This document shows positions 8,869-17,159 of a DNA stretch of 64,000 nucleotides, one piece after another. The translations under genes were made by a program, and so were the position numbers. The notes beneath the pieces were generated by a model that worked only from the letters and a program-made list of their open reading frames with translations, was not told the DNA's origin and did no database searches. Position 1 is the first letter of the stretch, and every line of letters starts with the position of its first letter. Source of the DNA: an uncultured Pseudobdellovibrionaceae bacterium (lineage in GTDB: Bacteria; Bdellovibrionota; Bdellovibrionia; Bdellovibrionales; JAGQZY01); the NCBI GenBank assembly GCA_964400355.1, contig CAYNTO010000003.1:84706-148705 (forward strand), read 5' to 3'.

Positions 8869-10203
8869 ATGAAAAGACAGCTGAATATATTGATTTCATC
8901 AGCATTTTTTTTGGTGATTATGATTTCCTATCAGAACTGTGGAGTCACCCAACAAGGTAGCTTGTTCGATAAAGCCACTTATTCGATAATGCCCTATGAA
9001 ATGAAGGTCAATCAGCTTGCTTATCTTTCCTGTTCCGAGCAAGGCAATGTGGCCAATGATGCAGGCGTTTTCTTTACGTTTCGTAGTGGCGCTTATGGTA
9101 GCTCCGCGGGCGTGCGAATCACCGAAGACTTCCTTTATAAAACGCGCAAGATGAGTCAAACGCAAATCATGGATCTGTTGTACGAGGATCCCGGTACCAG
9201 CCTTTCTCGTTTGCAGCTAGCCACGCGCCGCTCGGGTTCACTGAGCTCGATGTTCATCAATGCCGACAGCGGTGGTGGGTCTGAGGAAATAGATTTTGAT
9301 TATGTAATGGGTGATTTTGGTTCGGACGAGATGTCGGCTTCGCTCTTAACAGCGCCCGATATGTCCTATCTCAACTACTGGAGTCCTGCTGGTGTCAACA
9401 AAGACGCCTATTTTGAAGGAACACTGGTTTACAACTCTTCTGAATCGCTTTCGAACCAATTGCGCCAGTTCTTTGCACAAGACGGAATTTTAGCCTGGGC
9501 CTACGCTGATGCCGCCAAGCCCGCCAACGTGCGTTCGCCGTCGCTCTACGATGATCCCGACAGTGATGAGGACACCGACAACTCCGCCACCAACAAAGCT
9601 CTCGGTGTCGGCATGCGTATTGGCTTTAAGCAGCCACTTGCGGCCAACTGGTATGCAGGTACGGCGGGGCCTACGGATACTACAGTGCCAAAACGCGTGC
9701 TCTCGTCGGTTTCAACCTATGATCTCGCAACGTTAAAATCCACAGGCAACTGGCAGTGTCCTAACACATTGCAGTTTCGAGTGATCTATCCGGACGATAT
9801 TTGGGAACTCAATGTTCTCTCAAATCCCAATGATGATGCTCCTCACGATCCATCAAACGATGCAAACTTTGAGACCAACCCCATCAAGGACAATGTATTA
9901 CATGCAGATGATCTTCCAAAGCTTTGTCCGCAACGTTTAGACAATCATGCCGACAATACAGGCGCCTACGCCGCACGCCTGGCGATTGTGCGTCGATCTC
10001 TGCCAGCTTCTGACTGGTTTGTGAATATACGCTACCAGTGCATTATTCCAAAAAAATCCGTCAAAGGAAGTTGCTATGGCATCGATGCGGGTACCAATGA
10101 AACCCGCTCAGTGGCCTACAATCCGATGGGTGCTTGTAATCCCGCTATCAGCTCTTCGGGTTTGCTTGTTTGCGGTCATTATATGAGCATCTGCTACCAA
10201 TAA
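8869..10203 (+). CDS. hypothetical lipoprotein, Asp-rich, Cys-containing C-terminus
   Basis: 444 aa. Signal plus lipobox-like ISYQNCG; acidic tract DDPDSDEDTDNS; no recognisable catalytic motif. Confidence 0.6.
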   Translation: MKRQLNILISSAFFLVIMISYQNCGVTQQGSLFDKATYSIMPYEMKVNQLAYLSCSEQGNVANDAGVFFTFRSGAYGSSAGVRITEDFLYKTRKMSQTQIMDLLYEDPGTSLSRLQLATRRSGSLSSMFINADSGGGSEEIDFDYVMGDFGSDEMSASLLTAPDMSYLNYWSPAGVNKDAYFEGTLVYNSSESLSNQLRQFFAQDGILAWAYADAAKPANVRSPSLYDDPDSDEDTDNSATNKALGVGMRIGFKQPLAANWYAGTAGPTDTTVPKRVLSSVSTYDLATLKSTGNWQCPNTLQFRVIYPDDIWELNVLSNPNDDAPHDPSNDANFETNPIKDNVLHADDLPKLCPQRLDNHADNTGAYAARLAIVRRSLPASDWFVNIRYQCIIPKKSVKGSCYGIDAGTNETRSVAYNPMGACNPAISSSGLLVCGHYMSICYQ

Positions 10204-10252
10204 CAGTCTCTGCACTATAGACTTCTGCGCGGGTTGCGTTTAAGTTTTGAGA

Positions 10253-11089
10253 ATGATTATATTCTCCGTTTTGCTTTTTTCCTTTTTCAATCACGCACAA
10301 GTTGGATCGACCTCGGACGCCATGGGTGGAACCGGCATCGCGCAACCGCACGGTAGTGATTCCGCATTTTTAAATCCAGCCGGTATTAGTTATTTTAGCG
10401 AAGTGCATGCCACCGGTGGATACCGTTACGGAAAAACCGCGATCGGTAACGTCAAACAATTTCATGCGGTTATTATGGACTCTAACGAAGAAAATATTTT
10501 TAAAGGCGCGATTGCTTACCGGGAAAGAAAGTACGAGTCCGCACTCTTCGGTGATGCGCGCGAAAAAGATTTTATCGCAAACGGCGCCTATCAGATCAAT
10601 CCCAACCTGTCCGTGGGACTCCGTGGATATAAAAAGCAAACCGACATTCCACTGGAGAGCATCGATCAATACAATGGAGATTTGGGCGCGCACTGGATCG
10701 TTGTTAAAGATTTTGCATTAGCGATCACGCAGTTTGGTATGTTCAGCACAAAGGATAGCGTCGTTCAACCGCTAGGAGTGTTGCCAATGACCACTGTGGG
10801 CGCACTGTATGTGATTCCTGATATTGTTGTTTTCACCGCTGATCTGGCCTACGCCTACAAAGAGAATGACCGGGATCGATTTTCCCACGCAGTGGGCGTG
10901 GGTTTTATAAATGTAGAGTTTTTCCGAACCAATTTTGGCGCTCGCTTCGATGACCGGGCTGGAGAGGCGTATTACAGCGCAGGATTCCAATTTGCCGGCC
11001 CTAGGCTCAAAATCGGCTATGCGTATCAAAAAGAAAGCCGGAAAGACCTCGGCGAGGTGCATACATTTGACATCTCCGTAAACCTTTGA
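10253..11089 (+). CDS. putative outer-membrane beta-barrel protein
   Basis: About 278 aa. Signal peptide MIIFSVLLFSFFNHAQV, an N-terminal GGTGIA...DSAFLNPAG motif as in PorV/FadL/TraF-like barrels, and alternating amphipathic strands. ATG at 10253 preferred over TTG at 10247. Confidence 0.5.
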   Translation: MIIFSVLLFSFFNHAQVGSTSDAMGGTGIAQPHGSDSAFLNPAGISYFSEVHATGGYRYGKTAIGNVKQFHAVIMDSNEENIFKGAIAYRERKYESALFGDAREKDFIANGAYQINPNLSVGLRGYKKQTDIPLESIDQYNGDLGAHWIVVKDFALAITQFGMFSTKDSVVQPLGVLPMTTVGALYVIPDIVVFTADLAYAYKENDRDRFSHAVGVGFINVEFFRTNFGARFDDRAGEAYYSAGFQFAGPRLKIGYAYQKESRKDLGEVHTFDISVNL

Positions 11090-11127
11090 TAGCTCACTGC
11101 AACACAGGACATGAACTAGGAGAACCT

Positions 11128-11259
11128 ATGGCATCTAAAACGAACCGCACGAACAAAATCCGCTCCAACAAAAGGACCAAAAAAGGCAAGGTTCGCAAAG
11201 CCGCCAATCGCAATAAAGGCACAACCAAGTCTGCCGCTAAATTGTTCGGCGATAAGTAG
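11128..11259 (+). CDS. small highly basic protein (43 aa), below the ORF-track length cutoff
   Basis: AGGAG 6 nt upstream of the ATG. Translation: MASKTNRTNKIRSNKRTKKGKVRKAANRNKGTTKSAAKLFGDK (16 of 43 Lys/Arg, 1 acidic). Followed 12 nt later by a hairpin plus T-run. Confidence 0.5.
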   Translation: MASKTNRTNKIRSNKRTKKGKVRKAANRNKGTTKSAAKLFGDK

Positions 11260-11271
11260 TCCCATTTAAAG

Positions 11272-11307
11272 AACCGCAGAGTAGAGTTCATTGCTGCGGT
11301 TTTTTTA
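11272..11307 (+). terminator. intrinsic terminator (possibly bidirectional, between convergent genes)
   Basis: AACCGCAG...CTGCGGTT 8-bp stem (14-nt loop) followed by TTTTTTT. Confidence 0.55.
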
Positions 11308-11331
11308 TTTCAGTGCAGATCTGCGAATCTT

Positions 11332-13155
11332 TTATAACGGAATTTCTATATTAAATGTTATTCGACGTTGCGGCTCTGGAAAATCAAACGTGAGTTGGCG
11401 TGGATTATTAAACATATTAAATACGCCAAATCCCAACGACACCTGGTTGTCCATTTTTCTAAAAATTAAAAAATCAGTTCCTTCCCACGGGGCCATCCGC
11501 ACAACACGTGCTGTATTGAAATCGGTGTCATAAAAAGAGCTCCACAGTGTATGCTGCAGGCTAAAATTCCACGAGTGTCGGGCATAGGTCAAAGACACAA
11601 ACGATTGGTTGTCTGGTGAAAACTGCAGGGGCGCGTTGGTCGATAGTTCCCGTGCTGACATTATCGTATGGCTCAACTGCAGTTGCCAAAAGGGGTGGAG
11701 TTCCAACTGCCCGTTCATATTCATACCGATTGTCCGCGCTTTACCCACATTGACCTTGGTGGAAACACCTGGCTGGAGAGAGAGACTCTGAAACAGATTG
11801 CTGTAGTCGGTGCGAAAAACACTTGCGGAAACAGTGGCGGCAGAGATATCCCACGCTAAACCTATCTCGGACTGGAGTGAACGCTCCGGCAGCAGATCGC
11901 GATTGCCAATGTAATAAATATTCTGGGCATAGAGATCGGTGAGCGCCGGTGGGCGAAATCCCTGCCCGGTGCTGAACCACACACGTGCATCACGCATACG
12001 ATAGGGCACATGCAACTGACCTAAAAACTTTTGGTAGCGAGTGAGGTAGCGAAGAGTGGGTTCCAAAGTGAGTTCGTTATTGGGCTGGTAGATCAGTGTT
12101 TGCGCCACCTCTGGCTCGACGCGATCAAATGTTTCCTCGCCAGTATAACTACTTTGATAGCGGTTCCAGTTAAAGTCCACCAGCGTTTGAGAAAGTAGTG
12201 TATCGGCTAGGCGATATACAAAGATTTCACTAGCGAAGAGTTTGTCGGAGTTGGAATGATTGAGGCCAAAATCTTCGTACCTGGAGCGAAACCTAGAGAC
12301 CGACAGTACGGAATTGGAAGTCGTATTTTTAGTTTTGTAGTTCGCGGTGATGGCTGCAAACAGTACGTCGGACTGCTGTTGAGTGATCAGCGGAGTGTGC
12401 AGTGGGCCGGGAGTGGTTTTATCCAAGCTCGAATAAAGGCCAAGAGTTTTTAATTGCCAAGAGCCCAGCGAGTGGCGGCTACCCAGCGTGAAGCGCGCAA
12501 GGTTTTGCGAGTTATTTTTCCGCCGTTCTTCCCGCCCATCAGTCGTGTGCTTAAAGTTCCCTAAATCCTTATCAAAAAAAGCACTCGCCTGTACGGAATG
12601 ATTGTCGTTGATCTGGTACGGAACAACAATGGATGCGGCAGTGGCATTTTTTTCGCCGATGGGATTGAGATCTGATCCCGTAAACGTGCCGCGAACCCGA
12701 GGCCTATCAAATTTCTTAGTGCGAAAATGAAGGGCGCCAGCCATGGCATTGGCTCCGTAAAGGGAAGACGTCGGTCCTTCCACCACTTGGATCGTGTCAG
12801 TGAGCTCTAGTGGAACAAACAATGAGGAGCCGCCAAACCCATCGGCAAAGTTTAATGGTACTTCGTCCAAAACGTAGAGCACACGCGCAGCTTGATTGGA
12901 TCCGCGAACGGAAACTGTCGGTGAACCTTGTGAGCGCGCCTGAATGGAAGTGTTGGCAAAAAAGATATTTTCGAAACTACTGTTGGTGAGAAGGAGAGGG
13001 TGGGGTTCTATCTCTGTGAACGGCGCACTCGAAGTGCGATTTGAAAAATCACCGGTTTCGCGATCCGCAAATACGTATTGTTTTGGGAGTTGGTAGTTGG
13101 GTTGGAAATCGTCGGCCTCAACCAGCAAAAAAAATAGGATCAGTGACAGGAGCAT
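11332..13155 (-). CDS. btuB: TonB-dependent outer-membrane receptor, BtuB-like (cobalamin)
   Basis: About 607 aa. Plug-domain motifs (RGSNQ..VLYVLDEVPLN, IQVVEGPTSSLYGANAMAGALHF) and a barrel. Substrate is inferred from the upstream cobalamin riboswitch. ATG at 13155 (GAGG 8 nt upstream) preferred over TTG at 13161. Confidence 0.8.
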   Translation of the reverse strand: MLLSLILFFLLVEADDFQPNYQLPKQYVFADRETGDFSNRTSSAPFTEIEPHPLLLTNSSFENIFFANTSIQARSQGSPTVSVRGSNQAARVLYVLDEVPLNFADGFGGSSLFVPLELTDTIQVVEGPTSSLYGANAMAGALHFRTKKFDRPRVRGTFTGSDLNPIGEKNATAASIVVPYQINDNHSVQASAFFDKDLGNFKHTTDGREERRKNNSQNLARFTLGSRHSLGSWQLKTLGLYSSLDKTTPGPLHTPLITQQQSDVLFAAITANYKTKNTTSNSVLSVSRFRSRYEDFGLNHSNSDKLFASEIFVYRLADTLLSQTLVDFNWNRYQSSYTGEETFDRVEPEVAQTLIYQPNNELTLEPTLRYLTRYQKFLGQLHVPYRMRDARVWFSTGQGFRPPALTDLYAQNIYYIGNRDLLPERSLQSEIGLAWDISAATVSASVFRTDYSNLFQSLSLQPGVSTKVNVGKARTIGMNMNGQLELHPFWQLQLSHTIMSARELSTNAPLQFSPDNQSFVSLTYARHSWNFSLQHTLWSSFYDTDFNTARVVRMAPWEGTDFLIFRKMDNQVSLGFGVFNMFNNPRQLTFDFPEPQRRITFNIEIPL

Positions 13156-13159
13156 CGAC

Positions 13160-13295
13160 AAAACCTCATTGCGCGTGAGCTTTTTGGGGATCGGACTTTA
13201 CTGCGAAGGCAGTAACACCGTTGCGCGACAGTTCCGGAATCTCACCGGATTCACCCTTTGGCACGCATCATGGCATATGCGCTGACCAAAGGAAA
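13160..13295 (-). promoter_or_regulatory. cobalamin (B12) riboswitch in the btuB-like leader
   Basis: The minus-strand leader reads CAAAGGGTGAATCCGGTGAGATTCCGGAACTGTCGCGCAACGGTGTTACTGCCTTCGCAGTAAAGTCCGATCC. This is co-linear with the conserved core as I recall it from the E. coli btuB leader (AGGGAATCCAGTGCGAATCTGGAGCTGACGCGCAGCGGTAAGG...ACTGCC...). The SD GAGG (13164-13167) sits at the 3' edge. Boundaries are approximate. Confidence 0.7.
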
Positions 13296-13318
13296 GCCAC
13301 TGGATGCTTTGTGTTAGC

Positions 13319-14446
13319 CTAATCTTCTCCGGGATCTTGGAGGTATTTTTCTACCTTTTGGGCGGCCACTGCTTCTGCAAACTCTTTATGTTCAGGGCGA
13401 TGGATCACTTCGAGAGCCTTCTCGAGAGGGAACGGATTCTGTGGAGCACTGATGTGTTTTTTCTTAAAAGTTAAAATTGCGGAGTAATTTTTTTCGATGG
13501 TTTCCACCGATATTGTCTTTTCTTTGATAGCGCGGGCGACCGCGTTGAGCGCTTTCCCTGGCGAATCAAAATCATTGCAGTACAAAAGAATGTTAGCCCC
13601 GGCCTGCAGCGCGCGCACCGGAATTTGATCTTTTGGAAAGTATTTCGCCAGAGCTTTCATGTCGAGATCGTCAGTAATAATCAAGCCCCGAAAGCGAAGA
13701 ACATCGCGTAGGATTTGTTTGAGAAAAGTTTCCGATAGTGTGACCGGCCATTTAGAATCAATTTTCTTAAAATGAATGTGCGCGGTCATCACTAAGTCAC
13801 AACGCGATTTAAAAATTTTCTTAAAAGGTTCAAGACTCTGGCTTTTGTCTAAATCCAAAAGAGTTTCTTCCGAAATGGGTAATTCAAAATGGCTATCCAC
13901 CTCTGTAGAACCATGGCCCGGGAAGTGTTTCGCGCAAGGAATGATCCCGGCCTTCAAATATCCGCGCACCAGCGCTGATGAAAGCTGTGTCACCACGGCT
14001 GGATCAGTGCTGAGCGCGCGATCACCAATCACTTCGTTTTTGGGATTCAAGAGCACATCTACGGAAGGAGCGAAATCCAGATTAATACCGAATGCGCGCA
14101 ACTCTTCACCCATATGGAGGGCAAAACGAAAAGCAAGCGAGCTCGAACCGATATCGCCTATATTCTTTAGTGCCGGCCAGATGGTAAACGGCTTTTTAAG
14201 GCGATGGACGCGTCCACCTTCCATGTCAATACTCACGATGAGAGGCGCGTGATCTTTAGTGTGTTCACGTAGTGAATGAAGTTCCTCAGTGAGCGCGTGG
14301 AGTTGTTCGGGAGATTCGATGTTGCGTGAAAATAAAATAACGCCGCAAATATTATACTTGATGATAAATTCGCGCTCTTCAGGGAGGAGCTTTGGCCCGC
14401 GAAGACCAATAATAATATGCTGACCCACTTTTTCTATCACAGTCAC
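13319..14446 (-). CDS. nagZ: beta-N-acetylhexosaminidase (GH3, NagZ-type)
   Basis: 375 aa. SIDMEGGRVHRL and AKHFPGHGSTEVDSH motifs of GH3 NagZ. Confidence 0.87.
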   Translation of the reverse strand: MTVIEKVGQHIIIGLRGPKLLPEEREFIIKYNICGVILFSRNIESPEQLHALTEELHSLREHTKDHAPLIVSIDMEGGRVHRLKKPFTIWPALKNIGDIGSSSLAFRFALHMGEELRAFGINLDFAPSVDVLLNPKNEVIGDRALSTDPAVVTQLSSALVRGYLKAGIIPCAKHFPGHGSTEVDSHFELPISEETLLDLDKSQSLEPFKKIFKSRCDLVMTAHIHFKKIDSKWPVTLSETFLKQILRDVLRFRGLIITDDLDMKALAKYFPKDQIPVRALQAGANILLYCNDFDSPGKALNAVARAIKEKTISVETIEKNYSAILTFKKKHISAPQNPFPLEKALEVIHRPEHKEFAEAVAAQKVEKYLQDPGED

Positions 14447-14526
14447 TCATTCTAGCAAGGAGTTGTGGCAGGAGCAATGTGATCCTGAAAGTAGTGCTGT
14501 GGTCCAGGCTATGCGTATATTATTTA

Positions 14527-15336
14527 TCAATTGCGGCCGCGACTATCTAACGATTCACGCAGCCCATCTCCCAATAGATTAAAGCCCAACACCAGTACTA
14601 CAATCCCAAGTCCGGGAAAGATACTCATCTGTGGAGCTTCGATAAGGTACTGTCTGCCCGCACCCAGTAACGATCCCCAGCTTGGAGTGCTCGGAGGCAC
14701 GCCCAAACCTAAAAAGCTAAGACTGGATTCGGTAATAATTGTAGCGGCCATATTGAAGGACGATTGAATCAAAAGTGGAGCTGATAGATTGGGCCAGATG
14801 TGGCCCAACAGAATGCGTGATTGGCTAAATCCCATGGAATGGGCGGCGAGTACAAACTCCCGTTCTTTTAAATGGAGGATTTCACCACGCACGAGACGAC
14901 TGTAAGACGCCCAGCCTGTAACACACAGTGCAAATATAACGCTAAGAACAGAGGCTTGCTGCATCACCGCTGCAACGGCAAGAACAAGTAAGAAGCCAGG
15001 AAAACCAAACACCATATCCACCAGACGCATTATTATTAGGTCGGCGATCCCGCCAAAAAAACCGGCGATGGACCCAATCACTAAGCCAAGGATCACATTT
15101 AAAAGTACGACCAGTATAGAAATCATTACGCTCACGCGCGCGCCATAAACCATTATACTCAATATATCGGAGCCGTTGTGATCCGTACCAAACCAATGTT
15201 GCCATGATGGTGAAAGAAACCGAGACTGTAAGTTGATGTCCTGAGGAGAGTGGGAGAGGAACAGTGGCCCCAGAAGGGCTATCAGAATAATGGTGCTCAC
15301 AATAAGAATCCCAGAACTGAACTTTTTATTCTTCAT
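14527..15336 (-). CDS. ABC transporter permease, OppC/DppC family
   Basis: 269 aa, multi-TM, with EAA-type loop region (AAHSMGFSQSRILLGHIWPN). Confidence 0.87.
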   Translation of the reverse strand: MKNKKFSSGILIVSTIILIALLGPLFLSHSPQDINLQSRFLSPSWQHWFGTDHNGSDILSIMVYGARVSVMISILVVLLNVILGLVIGSIAGFFGGIADLIIMRLVDMVFGFPGFLLVLAVAAVMQQASVLSVIFALCVTGWASYSRLVRGEILHLKEREFVLAAHSMGFSQSRILLGHIWPNLSAPLLIQSSFNMAATIITESSLSFLGLGVPPSTPSWGSLLGAGRQYLIEAPQMSIFPGLGIVVLVLGFNLLGDGLRESLDSRGRN

Positions 15337-15339
15337 CGA

Positions 15340-16257
15340 TCACTCCTGCCGAATCCGTGGATTGAAAAATCCATAGGCGAGGTCCGTGAGAAAATTCGAA
15401 AATACATAGATGACGGAGACAAACAACACACAGCCTTGAACGACTGGGTAGTCGCGATTTTGAATGGCTTGGAACATCAAGAGACCAATGCCGGGCCAGT
15501 CGAAAATCGTCTCTACAATCACCGCACCAGTCAGCAGCGCGCCCATAACCAATCCCAAAACCGTAAGAATGGGAATGATGGCATTAATCAGTGCATGCTT
15601 AAAGTACATAAGCCACGGTGGTAACCCTTTTGCCTTGGCGACGCGAATATAGTCCTCAGCAAGGACATCGAGCATCGAACTTCTGGTCATTCGCGTGATC
15701 AATGCAACAATGCCAACACTGAGCGAGATCGAAGGAAGAATGAGATTCCAAAAATTCTCCCGCTCTCCCATGGGTAGTACATCCCATTCGATGGCAAATA
15801 GCCAAATCAAAAGCGGTCCCGACCACAATGCCGGGAAAGACAGTGCAAACACACTGCCCAGCAAAATTCCATGATCTGTAGGTGTTGATTCCTTAATGGC
15901 GGCAAGAACTCCCAGTGGAATGCCGATAGCAATGGCAAGGAAGAGCGCGGCAGCGCCAAGTTCCAACGACGCGGGTACTCGCGCAAATATTTCTTCACTC
16001 ACCGGTTTTTTAGATTGTAGCGAGCGCCCCAGATTGAGTTTAAAAATATTCTTGATTTGAATAGCGTACTGTTCGGCGATCGGTTTATCGAGACCCAGTT
16101 CATGACGGAGGGCTTCGCGGTCGGCAGTGCTGGAGTAGTCGCCGAGCATAATTTCTACAGGATCCCCAGGAATCATATGGATGAGAAAAAAAGTAATCGT
16201 AAAAACGCCAAACAGTACGGGTATTAATAAAAAGAGGCGCTTTGCGAGGTATATCAT
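15340..16257 (-). CDS. ABC transporter permease, OppB/DppB family
   Basis: 305 aa. N-terminus MIYLAKRLFLLIPVLFGVFTITFFLIHMIPGDP is typical of OppB/DppB; AKAKGLP motif present. Confidence 0.87.
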   Translation of the reverse strand: MIYLAKRLFLLIPVLFGVFTITFFLIHMIPGDPVEIMLGDYSSTADREALRHELGLDKPIAEQYAIQIKNIFKLNLGRSLQSKKPVSEEIFARVPASLELGAAALFLAIAIGIPLGVLAAIKESTPTDHGILLGSVFALSFPALWSGPLLIWLFAIEWDVLPMGERENFWNLILPSISLSVGIVALITRMTRSSMLDVLAEDYIRVAKAKGLPPWLMYFKHALINAIIPILTVLGLVMGALLTGAVIVETIFDWPGIGLLMFQAIQNRDYPVVQGCVLFVSVIYVFSNFLTDLAYGFFNPRIRQE

Positions 16258-17036
16258 TTTGTTAACATGTGATTCTTCCCTTCGGGGATGTTGCCGAAAA
16301 GAAGTTTGATCGAGCTTTCATTGAATGGAAAATTTTTGTACGCTTCTTTGGGGTCGCGCACGAGTTCGGCTGTAATATTGTGTGACGGCACTAACGTCTT
16401 TATGGATTCACCTTTGATGTCGACCCAATTTATAAACTGTTCTTTCTTAAATGTGTTGAGCGTGCGGAAAGTGTCGAGCCCGGCCTCTTTCACTTGTTCT
16501 TTTACGTAAATCTCGCCGCTACCTATATTGCCATCCTCTTCCGCTACAGCATCATAGGTAAACTTATTTCCAACAGACAAGCCCTGTGGAGTTTTCAGGA
16601 TCAGGTAGGGCAGGAACGTGCTTAAGAAAACTTTGTCGGTGAGGGTGATTTCACGCACATTGGCTTTGCCGTTTTCGACGGTTTTGAGAACTAGCTTTTT
16701 ACCCTTCATCACCGCATCGATAGCTTTGGTCTTTTTACCGTCCAGTTGAGAGTACTGATAGCTATGGGGTTCAAACTTTGTGGTCGCTTTTGCATTGAGA
16801 CTTTCGATAGTAGAAGTGTCTCCATATTTGAGTACCATATAGTGGGTGGAGGAAAACAGCTTCGTCTGTCCATCCAGTGCATACCGCTGAATGTAGTAAC
16901 CGATGTGTTGTCCTTCGGAGGAAACTTTATAGTAGCCCTCGAAAACAGTTTCCGCGAACACCGCACCAGGAAGTATTATAAGAACTATAACTAGGACTTT
17001 GGTCAGGATATTCGTTTTTAAAATGCGTGAAATCAT
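16254..17036 (-). CDS. hypothetical secreted protein, translationally coupled to the permeases
   Basis: About 260 aa from the ATG at 17036, with signal peptide MISRILKTNILTKVLVIVLIILPGAVFA. Its stop overlaps the permease start (ATGA at 16254-16257). Far too short for a canonical cluster-C peptide SBP. Confidence 0.5.
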   Translation of the reverse strand: MISRILKTNILTKVLVIVLIILPGAVFAETVFEGYYKVSSEGQHIGYYIQRYALDGQTKLFSSTHYMVLKYGDTSTIESLNAKATTKFEPHSYQYSQLDGKKTKAIDAVMKGKKLVLKTVENGKANVREITLTDKVFLSTFLPYLILKTPQGLSVGNKFTYDAVAEEDGNIGSGEIYVKEQVKEAGLDTFRTLNTFKKEQFINWVDIKGESIKTLVPSHNITAELVRDPKEAYKNFPFNESSIKLLFGNIPEGKNHMLTK

Positions 17037-17159
17037 AAACTCTAGCGTCTCTATTCTGCCCGAAGTTGTCAAAGTCAATTGATGCGTTAATCACGCAAAT
17101 GGATTGGCCTTCAATTTGCGGTACTTGAATCACTTTGCGAGATAGTGTTGAATAGAAGT

